A stretch of 64,000 nucleotides of DNA from an uncultured Verrucomicrobiae bacterium (lineage in GTDB: Bacteria > Verrucomicrobiota > Verrucomicrobiia > Chthoniobacterales > Chthoniobacteraceae): positions 92,942-156,941 of the forward strand of contig CAVYKI010000002.1 in assembly GCA_963769025.1 (NCBI GenBank), in the 5' to 3' direction. The position numbers were made by a program, and so were the translations under genes. The notes below the pieces were generated by a model that was given only the letters and a program-made list of their open reading frames with translations, searched no databases and was not told the origin of the DNA. Shown piece by piece: positions 36,377 to 46,580 of the stretch. The stretch's first letter is position 1, and each line of letters starts with the position of its first letter.

Positions 36377-37195
36377 GCACGCGGCCGGCATTCGGCGTGG
36401 GCAATGTGATGTTCGGGGGCGGCGCTCCGGTGTTCATGCTCGGGCCGTGCGTGATTGAGTCGGAGGAGTTCGTGTGGAAAATGGCGCGCGCGCTGAAGGC
36501 GATCTGCGCGGAGGTCGGGGCGCAGTTCATTTTCAAGGCGAGCTACGACAAGGCGAACCGCACCTCGGGCAAAAGCTACCGCGGCATCGGGCTGAAGGAC
36601 GGCTGCACGCATCCTCGCGAACATCGGCCGCGAGCTCGGCGTGCCGGTGACGACCGATGTGCATTCGCCCGAGGACGCGCGCGCGGCGGCGGAGTGGATC
36701 GACCTTTTGCAAATCCCCGCGTTCCTCTGCCGGCAGACGGATCTCATCCAGGCTGCCGCGGAGACTGGGCGCGCGGTGAATGTGAAGAAGGGGCAGTTCC
36801 TCGCGCCGTGGGACGTGAAGAACATCGCGGAAAAGCTGCGCGCGTTCGGCTGCGAGCGGTTCATGTTCACCGAGCGCGGGACGACCTTCGGCTACAACAA
36901 TCTCGTGGCCGACATGCGCTCGCTTTACTGGATGCGCGAGCTCGGCTGCCTCGCGATTTTCGACGCCACGCACAGCGTCCAGCGGCCCGGCGGGGCGGGC
37001 GACAAGACGGGCGGCGACGGCATCCTCGCGCCCGTGCTCGCGCGCGCGGCGGTGGCGGCGGGATGCGACGGTGTCTTCATCGAGACGCACGAGGATCCTT
37101 CGAAGGCGCTGAGCGACGGGCCGAATCAGATTCCGCTGGCGCAAGTCTCCGCGCTGCTCAAAACTCTGCTGCAAATCCATGCTCTCGTTTCGTAA
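36373..37195 (+). pseudogene. kdsA: 3-deoxy-8-phosphooctulonate (KDO-8-P) synthase, one frame break near 36.60-36.61 kb
   Basis: The N-terminal part (...FMLGPCVIESEEF...[26 protein letters not shown]) is in frame 1. The remainder ([23 protein letters not shown]...[13 protein letters not shown]...VNVKKGQF...FDATHSVQ...FIETHEDP...DGPN) is in frame 2 (track ORF 36641..37195). Confidence 0.85.
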
Positions 37196-37769
37196 AACCC
37201 CGGTGATTGCGCTCGCAGTGGGCATGGGCCTCATCCGGATGTCCTCTGCCGCCGAGCGGGCGAAGGATCCGGTGCCTGAAAAGCCCGTCGCCGTGGAAGC
37301 GAAGAAGCCGGACGTGGCGAAAGACAAGGACCGGCTCGACCTCCCCGTGCCAAAGGGCCAGCCGCAGAAAGGGCTCCGCATTCCCATCTACAGCCCGGAG
37401 GGGAAGCTGATGATGAGTTTCCAAATCGGCGTCGCCGAGGTCGTGGACGCCGACAATATCAAGATGGGCGACCTGCGGCTGGAGACTTTCAAGGAAACGG
37501 GCGAGCACGAGTTCGACATCGAGCTGCCGGATTCCATCTTCAACGCGAAGACCAAGGAGCTGATTTCAAAGCTGCACGTGACCATCAAGCGGCATGACTT
37601 CGAACTCACGGGCAACAGCGTGACATTCAATACCGAGACGAGGGTGGGGAAGTTCGGTGGCGGGGTGAAAATGGTGATCTACGACGCCCGTTCCGCCGCC
37701 GGGGCGAGCGATGAAAAGCCGGTGATTCCCACCGTGGAAGTGACACCTTTGAAGGAGGAAAAAAAATGA
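37179..37769 (+). CDS. LptC-like periplasmic protein (position-based)
   Basis: Single N-terminal anchor plus a beta-rich body of about 150 aa. It lies immediately upstream of lptA-lptB and its stop overlaps the lptA start. Sequence similarity to LptC was not verifiable by eye. Confidence 0.45.
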   Translation: MLSFRKTPVIALAVGMGLIRMSSAAERAKDPVPEKPVAVEAKKPDVAKDKDRLDLPVPKGQPQKGLRIPIYSPEGKLMMSFQIGVAEVVDADNIKMGDLRLETFKETGEHEFDIELPDSIFNAKTKELISKLHVTIKRHDFELTGNSVTFNTETRVGKFGGGVKMVIYDARSAAGASDEKPVIPTVEVTPLKEEKK

Positions 37770-38461
37770 TGAAATCCTGTTTTATCCCAGTGATCGCAGC
37801 GCTGGTCGCGCTGGCAGCCCGTGCATCCGCACAGGGTCTCGGCGAAGAGCCCATCGGACGGTTGGGGCTCGAATCGTCCGGCAGCGAACCCGTGCGGGCC
37901 GCCGCGCCGGTGACCGCTTTCGTGACGCCAGAGAAGCGGCCGAAAGGGCCGACGGAAATCACCGCGCGCGAGGCGACGTTCGACAGCCGCATCCACCTTG
38001 GCACCTTCACGGACGACGTGCTGGTGCGCGATCCGGAGTTTGGCCTGTCGTGCGACAAGCTGACGGTGAATATGAAAAAGCCGCCGACTGACAGCGCTGC
38101 GAAACCGGAAGTGAAACCGGAGGTGAAGCCGAAGGCGCCCGGCGAATCGAGCAGCGGCATCGAAAAAGCCATTGCCGAGGGCAACGTCATCATCACGCAG
38201 GACAAGCCGGACGCGACTGGGAAACTCCAGCGCTACATCGGGAAGGCAAAGCGCGCCGTCTTCGACAACACGACCGGCACGCTCACGCTCTACGGCTGGC
38301 CGCAAATCTCGCAGACAATCGGCGGCTCGTTGAGCAAGCAGATCCTCTCGCGCGAGGAGAGCTGCGTCATCACGCTGAACCGTGCGGGAAAAATCGACGT
38401 GAAAGGCTACCACACCAGCACCCTGCAGGACGCGGGAGAAATCAGCCCGGGCTCACGATAA
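37766..38461 (+). CDS. lptA: LptA/OstA-like periplasmic LPS transport protein
   Basis: Signal peptide. The OstA-type repeats (TEITAREATFDS....FTDDVLVRDPEFGLSCDKLTV...AIAEGNVIITQD...KRAVFDNTTGTLTLYG) and the position upstream of lptB support the call. Confidence 0.7.
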   Translation: MMKSCFIPVIAALVALAARASAQGLGEEPIGRLGLESSGSEPVRAAAPVTAFVTPEKRPKGPTEITAREATFDSRIHLGTFTDDVLVRDPEFGLSCDKLTVNMKKPPTDSAAKPEVKPEVKPKAPGESSSGIEKAIAEGNVIITQDKPDATGKLQRYIGKAKRAVFDNTTGTLTLYGWPQISQTIGGSLSKQILSREESCVITLNRAGKIDVKGYHTSTLQDAGEISPGSR

Positions 38462-38463
38462 CC

Positions 38464-39239
38464 ATGTCTGCGGCCGCACCTGCACCCAAGCTCGAGAAGA
38501 CGGCGTCGCTGCCACCTGCCGTCCTGCGGACGGACAAGCTCGTGAAAATCTACGATGGCCGCTCCGTGGTGAACGGCGTGGACATCAACTGCCGCCGCGG
38601 CGAGATCGTCGGCCTGCTCGGCCCGAACGGCGCGGGCAAGACGACGAGCTTTTACATGATGGTCGGCCTGGTGCGGCCGAACTCGCGGAACCGTGTGGTT
38701 CGACGGCCACGACGTGACGGACATGGCGATGCACAAGCGCGCGCGCATGGGCATGGGCTACCTGCCGCAGGAGGAGAGCATCTTCCGCAAGCTCACCGTG
38801 GAGCAGAACATCATGGCCATCCTCGAGACGACGAAGCTCGACCGCGCCGCGCGCAAGGCCCGCTGCGACCAGCTGCTCGAACAATTCGGCATCGCCCACG
38901 TCCGCAAGCAGCTCGCGCTCACGCTTTCCGGCGGTGAAAAGCGCCGCCTCACCATCGCCCGTTCGCTCGTGCCGAACCCGAGCCTCATCATGCTCGACGA
39001 GCCGTTCAGCGGCGTGGATCCCGATCGCCGTGCAGGACGTGCAGAAAATCGTGAGCGGACTGCGCGAACTCGGCCTCGGCATCCTCATCACCGACCACAA
39101 CGTCCGCGAGACGCTGAGCATCGTGGATCGCGCCTACCTCATCTTCGAGGGCCGCGTGCTGATGGAAGGCACGAAGGATTTCCTCATCAACAATCCCGAG
39201 GCGCGCCGCCTCTACCTCGGCGAGAATTTTTCAATGTAA
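38464..39239 (+). pseudogene. lptB: LPS export ABC transporter ATPase LptB, two frame breaks (about 38.69 and 39.02 kb)
   Basis: Walker A (GLLGPNGAGKTT) is in frame 1. The Q-loop, signature and Walker B (GYLPQEESIF...LSGGEKRRLTIARSL...IMLDEPFSGVDP) are in frame 2. The C-terminus (IAVQDVQKIV...ILITDHNVRETL...RRLYLGENF) is in frame 0. Confidence 0.9.
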
Positions 39240-39332
39240 ACGCCCCGGCCATCCGCACCCGGCAAGCACCGTTGCGAGCCGGCCAAAGAACGGATGGCTT
39301 TTTCCCCAAACCCGCACGACAGAATAACCACA

Positions 39333-39917
39333 ATGCAAACCGCGAACATCAACGTCCCAGTCAGAGTCACCGGCCGTCACATCAGCATCACGGAGGCGAT
39401 CCGTGATTACGCCAAGTCGAAGATCGACAACATCCACCTCGACTACCCGCGCATCATCGAGGCGCACGTCATCCTCGACGTGAGCAAGCACCGCCACAGC
39501 GCGGAAATCGTCCTCCAGTGCGCGAACCACATCACCATCGAGGCCGACGAGGAATGCGACGACATGTATGCCGCGATCGACGGCGTGGTCGCGAAGATCG
39601 CCCGGCAGATGCGGAAGTACAAGACGAAGATGCTCCGCAGCCACCGCCCGCGCCGGCACGAGGCGCAGCATTTCGAGCAGCATGTGCTGCACATCGACGA
39701 GCACTTCGAACTCCACGAGGAGGCCGAGGCCCAGCAGGTGCAGACCGAGCAGCTCGTCGTCCGTTCGCTCTTCGTGGACGAGGCAATTCTCCAGCTCGAA
39801 ATGGCCGCGAACCGGCCGTTCGTCGTCTTCGTGAATGCGAAGACCGAGAAGGTGAACATCCTGCAGCGCCGCAAGGACGGGAAGTTCGGCCTTATCGAGA
39901 TCGCGATCCCGAGCTGA
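39333..39917 (+). CDS. hpf: Ribosome hibernation promoting factor, long form
   Basis: VRVTGRHISITEAIRDYAKSKI...AEIVLQCANHITIEADEECDDMYAAIDGVVAKIARQMRKYK is followed by a C-terminal dimerisation domain (...FVVFVNAKTEKVNILQRRKDGKFGLIE). Confidence 0.85.
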   Translation: MQTANINVPVRVTGRHISITEAIRDYAKSKIDNIHLDYPRIIEAHVILDVSKHRHSAEIVLQCANHITIEADEECDDMYAAIDGVVAKIARQMRKYKTKMLRSHRPRRHEAQHFEQHVLHIDEHFELHEEAEAQQVQTEQLVVRSLFVDEAILQLEMAANRPFVVFVNAKTEKVNILQRRKDGKFGLIEIAIPS

Positions 39918-41068
39918 CCGCTTCGCGCAGGGCGCGATCCCGGCGCATCACGTCGGGAAACGTCGCGAGCAAGAGCTGGCGTCCGCGGACATCCGCGAGG
40001 AACGTTGCGGGCAATTCCGCGTCGCTCACCTCCGGCAGCACGTGGATCTCCTCCTCCGTGATCGCCAGCGCGAGGCCGCCTGCGGCGAAGGGAAACACTT
40101 CCTGGGCGATGCAAAGCCAGCGCCGGAAATGCTCCGGCTGCTGCCGCGCGAGGCCGTCGAGCGCAGCGAGCCACACGTCCTCCTCGAAGTTTGCATGGCA
40201 GCGCTGCCCGAGCGTGCCGGAAGCGATCTCGTGGAGGCGGGATTTTCCCGCCGCGTGCCGGATGCCTACTTTCAAGGGCCCGGCCAGCGCGGCGATTTCC
40301 GCCGCGAGCGCGAGGGTCGCAGCGAGTTCGCCTTGGTCTCCTTCAAACTCCGCACCCGGCTGCCACGCGGGCCCGAGCGATGGGGAAATGCAAACCGGCC
40401 CGAGCCCGGAACGGGCCGTCTCGAGCGCGAGAAACAGAAATTCCTCCGCGCTATCGCGATCCCGGCGGCCCGCGAAATTCAGCTCGATGTCGGGTGCTGC
40501 GCCGCGACCCGTCCACGTGGTGCGAATCGCCTGCTGCAACTGCGCCGCATGGGCGAGCGCAGTCCCGTATTTCACGGCAGCCCGGGCGAGCGTCTCATCG
40601 CCGAACCGGAGCATGCGGCCGGATGCCAGGGGCCATTCACGGTCGGTGTAGTTCGCGTGCCAGCCTTGCGCGTAGCAGCCCGCGTCCTCGAGGGAGACGA
40701 CGGCTGCGTCGAGTCCGTCGAGCGACATCGAGTCGGCACGCCCGTTGCAAAGGCTGCCAAGCTCGAACGAAAACCACGTGTAACCCGCGGTCGCGAATGC
40801 AGCCGCCTCCGCGGTCGTGCGGACCACGCAGCCGGCGCCCCACGCGGCCGGTGGATCCCGCCTTTTCCAGCGCAGTTGCCGTCGCTGTGAGCATCTCGCG
40901 CGGGCCGTCGTCGGCACTGCCGTCTTCGCCGGTGAGATGGTGCATCAGGACCGGCGCCACGCCGCGTTCATGAGCTTCGCGCAGCGCGTCGGTCGGAAAA
41001 TAAATGCCGTTGCAGCCGAGCGCGACAGTGGGATGCGCGGCGAGTGGCGAGGGTGATGGGAGCGGCAT
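39892..41068 (-). pseudogene. Conserved hypothetical protein (possibly tagaturonate/fructuronate-epimerase UxaE-like), one frame break near 40.84-40.87 kb
   Basis: Two long overlapping ORFs in adjacent frames (40637..41107 and 39892..40917) read through each other. The family assignment rests only on a remembered C-terminal ...RQLL..TF... pattern and is weak. It overlaps the hpf 3' end by 26 bp (convergent). Confidence 0.4.
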
Positions 41069-41164
41069 CGCGCCACCATCCACCGCCGGGGCGGAGCGAT
41101 TCAACAATCAAACACGGTGCACGCTTGCACCCCGCGGGGCCGCGTTGTTTGCTCTCCGCCCCTT

Positions 41165-42094
41165 ATGGAAAAAGTCATCATTCTCGGCACCGGCTGCGCC
41201 GGGCTCACCGCGGCGATTTACGCCGCCCGCGCCAATCTTTCCCCGCTCGTCCTCGAAGGCCACGAGCCGGGCGGCCAGCTTTCCACCACGACGCTTGTGG
41301 AGAATTTTCCCGGCTTCAAGGAAGGCATCACGGGCCCGGAACTGATCATGAACATGAAGGCGCAGGCGGAGCGATTCGGCGCGCGGTTTCAGTATGCGGA
41401 GTGCGCAGGGCTGAAGCCCGCCGGCCAGCATGTGAGCATCAAGGTCGAGGGCAAGTGGATCGACACGCGCACGCTCATCGTCGCGAGCGGCGCGAGCGCG
41501 AAATGGCTCGGCATCGACCGCGAGCGCGAACTCATCGGCCATGGGCTGACCTCATGCGCGACGTGCGACGGCGCGTTTTACCGCAACGTGCCCGTGTGCG
41601 TCGTGGGCGGCGGCGATTCCGCGTGCGAGGAGGCGACGTTCCTCACTCGCTTCGCATCGAAGGTCTACCTCATCCACCGTCGCGACTCGCTGCGCGCATC
41701 GAAGATCATGGCCGACCGCACGCTCGCGAATCCGAAAATCGAGCCGATCTGGAACAGCGCGGTCGCGGAATATCTCCCGGATGCGGAAGGCGAGATGCGC
41801 GCGGTGAAACTGCGCGACTTGAAGTCGGACGCCGAGCGTGAACTCGAGGTGAAATGCGTCTTCGTCGCCATCGGCCACACCCCGAATACGGCGCCGTTCA
41901 AGGGCATCCTTTCGATGGATGAAAACGGCTACCTCCTGCAGCAGGGCGGAACGACCGCGACGAATGTGCCCGGCGTCTTCGCGGCGGGCGACGTGTCCGA
42001 TCACCGCTACCGGCAGGCGGTCACCGCCGCGGGCCAGGGTTGCGCCGCCGCGCTGGATGCGGAGCGGCATCTCGCCGAACACGGCGCGGATTGA
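41165..42094 (+). CDS. trxB: Thioredoxin-disulfide reductase
   Basis: MEKVIILGTGCAGLTAAIYAARA... (FAD GxGxxG), redox-active CATCDG, and NADPH site VVGGGDSACEEATFL. Confidence 0.9.
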   Translation: MEKVIILGTGCAGLTAAIYAARANLSPLVLEGHEPGGQLSTTTLVENFPGFKEGITGPELIMNMKAQAERFGARFQYAECAGLKPAGQHVSIKVEGKWIDTRTLIVASGASAKWLGIDRERELIGHGLTSCATCDGAFYRNVPVCVVGGGDSACEEATFLTRFASKVYLIHRRDSLRASKIMADRTLANPKIEPIWNSAVAEYLPDAEGEMRAVKLRDLKSDAERELEVKCVFVAIGHTPNTAPFKGILSMDENGYLLQQGGTTATNVPGVFAAGDVSDHRYRQAVTAAGQGCAAALDAERHLAEHGAD

Positions 42095-42114
42095 GTCACG
42101 GCGGGCGAGCCCGC

Positions 42115-42639
42115 TCAGGCCTGCAGCCGCGCGTTGCGCTGGAGCACGAGCGAGATCATCTGGAGGAGTTCGTCGCTCGGCACCGGCTTGAAGACAACGA
42201 GGCCGTCCGCGTGGTGGAGGAAGTCGTTCGTCCGCGGGTCATCGCCGTTTCCGGTGACGAAGAGAAAGCGCGAGCACAGGTGCGGCTTCACCTTTTGGAT
42301 GGCGAGGTAAAACATGTCGCCCGGCATCGTCGGCATCATCATGTCGCAGATGATCACGTCGAAATCCATCCCCATGGCCTCGCGCAGCCCCTCGACGCCG
42401 TTGCGCGCGGTGGTGACGACAAAATTGCGTGATTCCAGCAGCAGCTTCAGCGTGTCCGCCAGCTCCACGTCGTCATCGAGCAGGAGGATGTTGGTGATTT
42501 CGAGATCCTGCGTGCTCTCATCGTCCTGCGCCATGGCCGACGAACGGCCGCCACGCTGCGAGGGGAAACGCACCGTGCGCTCCTGCGCCGATCCTGGCAA
42601 CGGGATGACTTGTGGGTTGGGTAAAGACATGATTCTCAT
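42115..42639 (-). CDS. Stand-alone response regulator receiver protein
   Basis: ILLLDDDVELADTLK...FDVIICDMMMPTMPGDMF...RFLFVTG...VFKPV. This is a REC domain only. Start taken at ATG 42639. Confidence 0.75.
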   Translation of the reverse strand: MRIMSLPNPQVIPLPGSAQERTVRFPSQRGGRSSAMAQDDESTQDLEITNILLLDDDVELADTLKLLLESRNFVVTTARNGVEGLREAMGMDFDVIICDMMMPTMPGDMFYLAIQKVKPHLCSRFLFVTGNGDDPRTNDFLHHADGLVVFKPVPSDELLQMISLVLQRNARLQA

Positions 42640-42716
42640 TTTTGAAAAGCAGATGTCGTGCTTGATTGGCGCGCTTCGCCGGATAGTTTGCGCCGCCACG
42701 TTCACCCTGCAGGAAC

Positions 42717-42792
42717 GCCAGTATAGCTCAGTTGGTAGAGCGCTCGATTTGTAATCGAAAGGTCGCGGGTTCGAATCCCGCTGCTGGCTCCA
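42717..42792 (+). tRNA. tRNA-Thr (anticodon UGU), CCA encoded
   Basis: Manual cloverleaf: acceptor GCCAGUA/UGCUGGC (one G.U pair), D arm GCUC-AGUUGGUA-GAGC, anticodon arm CUCGA-UUUGUAA-UCGAA (27:43 C-A mismatch), variable AGGUC, T arm GCGGG-UUCGAAU-CCCGC, discriminator U, then CCA. Confidence 0.9.
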
Positions 42793-42844
42793 CGCGGCGG
42801 CGCACTGGCTGCATCAAAACACGATCCGTCATTCACTTCAGCCG

Positions 42845-43851
42845 ATGCCCCGCCTTTTCACACTGCTCGCCATCCTGATCGGCTGCGTGCTGCCGGCGTG
42901 GGGCGCGCAGGACTGGAGCGGTCGTGAAAGTCGGAGGGACGCGACTACCTCACGATGGACAACATCGCGGAGTTTTACAGCCTCAGCGCCGTGCGGCGGA
43001 AGGAGAAGGAGGCGTCGGCGTCTTCCGGGGTGCGTACCATCCGCGCGACCATCGGCTCGCCGGATTTCTTCATCAACAATCTCAAGTTCATCCTCAGCTA
43101 CCCCGCGATCGAGCACGACGGGAAGGTCTGCATCTCGCGGATGGACCTCGTGAAGCTCATCGAGCCGGTCATGCGCCCGAGCCGCATCAAGAACGCGGAG
43201 CCGATCGACACCGTCGTGCTCGATGCCGGCCACGGCGGGCACGACAACGGCGCGCTAGAGCATCTACGGCCCGGAGAAGGCGTTCGCGCTCGACGTCGTG
43301 CTTCGCGCGAAGGCGCTGCTCCAGGCCAGCGGATTGAAGGTGGTGCTCACCCGCACGGACGACACCTTCATCTCGCTCGACGATCGCGTGCGCATCGCGA
43401 ACCAGCACAAGCGCGCCATCTTCATCTCCGTGCATTTCAACGCCGGCGGCTACGGCACCGGCGTCGAGGCCTTCACGCTCGCGCCGCGCGGCGTCCCCTC
43501 GATGATGTCCGACGGCCCGCGCGTCTCCGATCTTCACGAGTGCCGTGGCAATGCCCGCGACGCGGAAAACATCGCGCTCGCCACCGCGACCCACGCCGCG
43601 CTCGTCGTAAAGACGCAAGCATGTTCGATCGCGGCCTCAAGCGCGCGCGCTTCGTCGTCATCCGCGACATCACCATCCCCGGCGTGCTCATCGAGGGCGG
43701 TTTCCAGACGAATCCCTACGACGCAAAACTGATCGCCACCGCCGGCTACCGGCAACTCCTCGCCCAGGCCATCCTGCAGGCTGTGGAGAACTACCGCCGC
43801 GCAGTCGGCAACCAGCCGCGACGCCGGTCGTCTCGCATACCGATGATGTGA
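42845..43851 (+). pseudogene. N-acetylmuramoyl-L-alanine amidase (Amidase_3, AmiC-like), about 3 frame breaks
   Basis: The signal peptide (MPRLFTLLAILIGCVLPAWG) is in frame 2. The N-terminal domain and VVLDAGHGGHDNGA are in frame 1. YGPEKAFALDVVL...LTRTDD.FISLDDRVRIAN...IFISVHFNA is in frame 2. The C-terminus DRGLKRARFVVIRDITIPGVLIEGGFQTNP is back in frame 1. Confidence 0.8.
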
Positions 43852-44000
43852 AGCCCGAGCGCGCGCCCGCCGACAAGACCGTGAAACGCGAGACGCCCGA
43901 AGGCCCCGAAGCCCGAGCCCATCGAGCCGCCCGTGGCGAACTGACGCGCGACTGCGCTTGCCACGCGCGCGGCGCCCGCCTCTCATCGCGCTCCTTTTTC

Positions 44001-44846
44001 GTGAAGCGATCCACCGCCCGCAAACCCACGCCCCCCGCCGCCCCGCAGCCCATCGGCGTCTTCGATTCCGGCATCGGCGGCCTCACCGTCGTCGCCGCGC
44101 TTCGCAAGCTGCTGCCCGCCGAGAACATCTTCTACATCGGCGACACCGCGCGCGTGCCGTACGGCGGCAAAAGCCAGGCGACCATCGAGCGCTACAGCCA
44201 GGAAATCTCCGGCCTCCTCCTCGCCGAGCGCGCAAAGCTCATCGTCGTCGCCTGCAACACCGCCAGCGCCCTCGGCGTCCCGCGCCTCCGCGAGACGCTG
44301 CGCGTCCCCGTCACCGGCGTCATCGAGCCCGGCGCGCAGGCCGCGGTGAAGGCCACGCGTTCGGGAAAAGTCGGCGTCATCGGCACGCGCGCCACCATCG
44401 CCAGCCGCGCCTACGAACGCGCCATCGAGGCGCTCGACTCCGACGTGAAGGTCTTCACCGAGCCGTGCCCGCTGCTCGTCCCGCTCATCGAGGAAGGCTG
44501 GCTCGACGATCCCGTCACCGACTCCATCATCGCCCGCTATCTGGAAAAGCTGCTGCGCTCCGGCGTGGACACGCTCGTCCTCGGCTGCACGCATTACCCG
44601 CTGCTCCGCGACGCCATCCAGCGCCACGTCGGCCCCGATGTCACCCTCGTGGACTCCGCGCAGAACACCGCCCTCGCCGTGCAGAAACTCCTCCGCCAGC
44701 AAAAGCTCGCCGCCCCTGCGAAGAACGTCGGCAAGCTCCAGGTCGCCCTCACCGATCAAAGCAGCGCATTCCTCCGCGTCGCCGAGCAAGCCCTCGGTCT
44801 GCAAGTCGGCGACACGAAGCTCCGCGCCGTGCAGCACGTCGGCTGA
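44001..44846 (+). CDS. murI: Glutamate racemase
   Basis: IGVFDSGIGGLTVV...IFYIGDTARVPYG...LIVVACNTASA...LVLGCTHYPLL. The start is uncertain (GTG 44001 chosen; the track ORF opens at 43848). Confidence 0.85.
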   Translation: MKRSTARKPTPPAAPQPIGVFDSGIGGLTVVAALRKLLPAENIFYIGDTARVPYGGKSQATIERYSQEISGLLLAERAKLIVVACNTASALGVPRLRETLRVPVTGVIEPGAQAAVKATRSGKVGVIGTRATIASRAYERAIEALDSDVKVFTEPCPLLVPLIEEGWLDDPVTDSIIARYLEKLLRSGVDTLVLGCTHYPLLRDAIQRHVGPDVTLVDSAQNTALAVQKLLRQQKLAAPAKNVGKLQVALTDQSSAFLRVAEQALGLQVGDTKLRAVQHVG

Positions 44847-44871
44847 GCGGATCTCCGCGTCGCGCAGAGCG

Positions 44872-46386
44872 TCAGCCGAGCTTGCTGTCGGCGATGTGGT
44901 AGTGCGGGTCTTCGTGCGTGTTCACTTCGACCATGGGCTTCGCCTTGTGCAGAAGCTCGAGGCAGTCCGGGCTGAGGTGCCGCAGGTGCAGCCGCTTGCC
45001 GACTTGCAGGTAGCGGCCCGCCAGTGCGTCGATGGCCTCGATGGCGGAGTGATCCACCACTTTCGCACGGCGGAACTCCACGACGACCTCCGCCGGATCC
45101 TCCCGGGGAGTGAACAAGGCCGCAAACCCCGCCGCGGATGCGAAGAACAGCGAGCCTTCGAGATCGTACACCTTCCAGCCTTTGTCGTCCGTGTAGGTCT
45201 TCACGTTGATCTGTTTTGCGTGCTGCCACGCGAATACCAGGGCCGCGATGATCACGCCGAGCACGACGGCAATCGCCAAGTCCGTGAAGACCGTCACCAC
45301 TGTCACCAGCACGACGATGATCGCGTCGGAGCGCGGAATCTTCCGCAGCGCCTCCAGGCTCGCCCATTCAAACGTCTTTTCGCACACGACGAACATCACG
45401 CCGATGAGCGCCGCGAGCGGGATGCGCTCGATGAGGCTCGATCCAAACAGGATGAACGCCAGCAGGAACAGCGACATGGAGATGCTCGCCAGCCGCTTCG
45501 TCCCGCCGCTGTTCACATTGATCATGCTCTGGCCGATCATCGCGCAGCCGCCCATGCCGCCGAAGAATCCCGTCACCACATTCGCCGCGCCCTGCGCCAT
45601 GCACTCACGGTTCGGCTTGCCGCGCGTGTCGGTCATCGCGTCGATGAGGTTCAGTGTCAGCAGCGACTCGATCAGCCCGATGGCCGCGAGAATCAGCGCG
45701 TAGGGGAAAATGATCTTCAGCGTCTCCCAATTCCACGGCACGCCGGGCACGTGGAACGCCGGCAACCCGCCCGCGATCGAGCCGAGGTCGCCCACCGTCT
45801 TCGTGTGAATGCCGAATCCGCCGACCAACCCGGACACGACGAGAATCCCGGCGAGCGTCGCGGGCACCGCCTTCGTCAGCTTGGGAAACAGATAGATGAT
45901 CGCCATCGTCAGCGCGATGAGGCCCAGCATCGTGTAAAGGGCCGAGCCCTGCATCCAGTGCGGCACGCCATCCGCGCCGGTCGTCTTGAAGTGCCCGAAC
46001 TGCGCCAGGAAAATGACGATCGCCAGCCCGTTCACAAAGCCGAGCATCACCGGATGCGGCACCAGCCGGATGAGCTTGCCGAGGCGGAACGCCGCGAAAA
46101 GAAGCTGGAGCATTCCCATCAGGACCACGGTGGCAAAAAGGTATTCCGCACCATGCATCGCGACCAGCGACACCATGACCACCGCCAGCGCACCCGCAGC
46201 TCCCGACACCATGCCGGGCCGCCCGCCAATCGTCGCCGTGATGAGCCCGACGATGAACGCCGCATAAAGCCCCGTGAGCGGTGAAAGGTGGGCGACGAGC
46301 GCGAAGGCTATCGCCTCGGGAACCATGGCCAGCGCGACCGTCAGGCCGCTGAGGACATTGGTTTTAATCTCAGAAGTGGAAATCAT
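44872..46386 (-). CDS. SulP-family anion (sulfate) permease with C-terminal STAS domain
   Basis: LSGLTVALAMVPEAIAFALVA...GLYAAF..., multiple TM segments, and a C-terminal STAS domain (...YDLEGSLFFASAAGF...VVEFRRAKVVDHSAIEAIDAL). Confidence 0.9.
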   Translation of the reverse strand: MISTSEIKTNVLSGLTVALAMVPEAIAFALVAHLSPLTGLYAAFIVGLITATIGGRPGMVSGAAGALAVVMVSLVAMHGAEYLFATVVLMGMLQLLFAAFRLGKLIRLVPHPVMLGFVNGLAIVIFLAQFGHFKTTGADGVPHWMQGSALYTMLGLIALTMAIIYLFPKLTKAVPATLAGILVVSGLVGGFGIHTKTVGDLGSIAGGLPAFHVPGVPWNWETLKIIFPYALILAAIGLIESLLTLNLIDAMTDTRGKPNRECMAQGAANVVTGFFGGMGGCAMIGQSMINVNSGGTKRLASISMSLFLLAFILFGSSLIERIPLAALIGVMFVVCEKTFEWASLEALRKIPRSDAIIVVLVTVVTVFTDLAIAVVLGVIIAALVFAWQHAKQINVKTYTDDKGWKVYDLEGSLFFASAAGFAALFTPREDPAEVVVEFRRAKVVDHSAIEAIDALAGRYLQVGKRLHLRHLSPDCLELLHKAKPMVEVNTHEDPHYHIADSKLG

Positions 46387-46580
46387 GGACCGCGTTCATC
46401 GCACACGAGGAGGCATCGGCAACGTGCAATCGTCCCACCGCCCCGCGCGCCAACGGCGGCAGGCTCCATGTCGCCCTCGCCGTTCAAAGCAGCGCATGCC
46501 TCCGGCGCCCCGAGAGCCAAGGCGGCTGCCAAATCAGCGGTTCACATTTCCGATATGAACGTTACGATCAAGCGTTCACC

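Noticed and set aside
30141-39023. Programmed ribosomal frameshifting as an explanation for the frame breaks.
   Set aside because: There are too many sites, in unrelated genes. I saw no common slippery heptamer or downstream structure at the junctions, and the homologous genes in other bacteria are uninterrupted.
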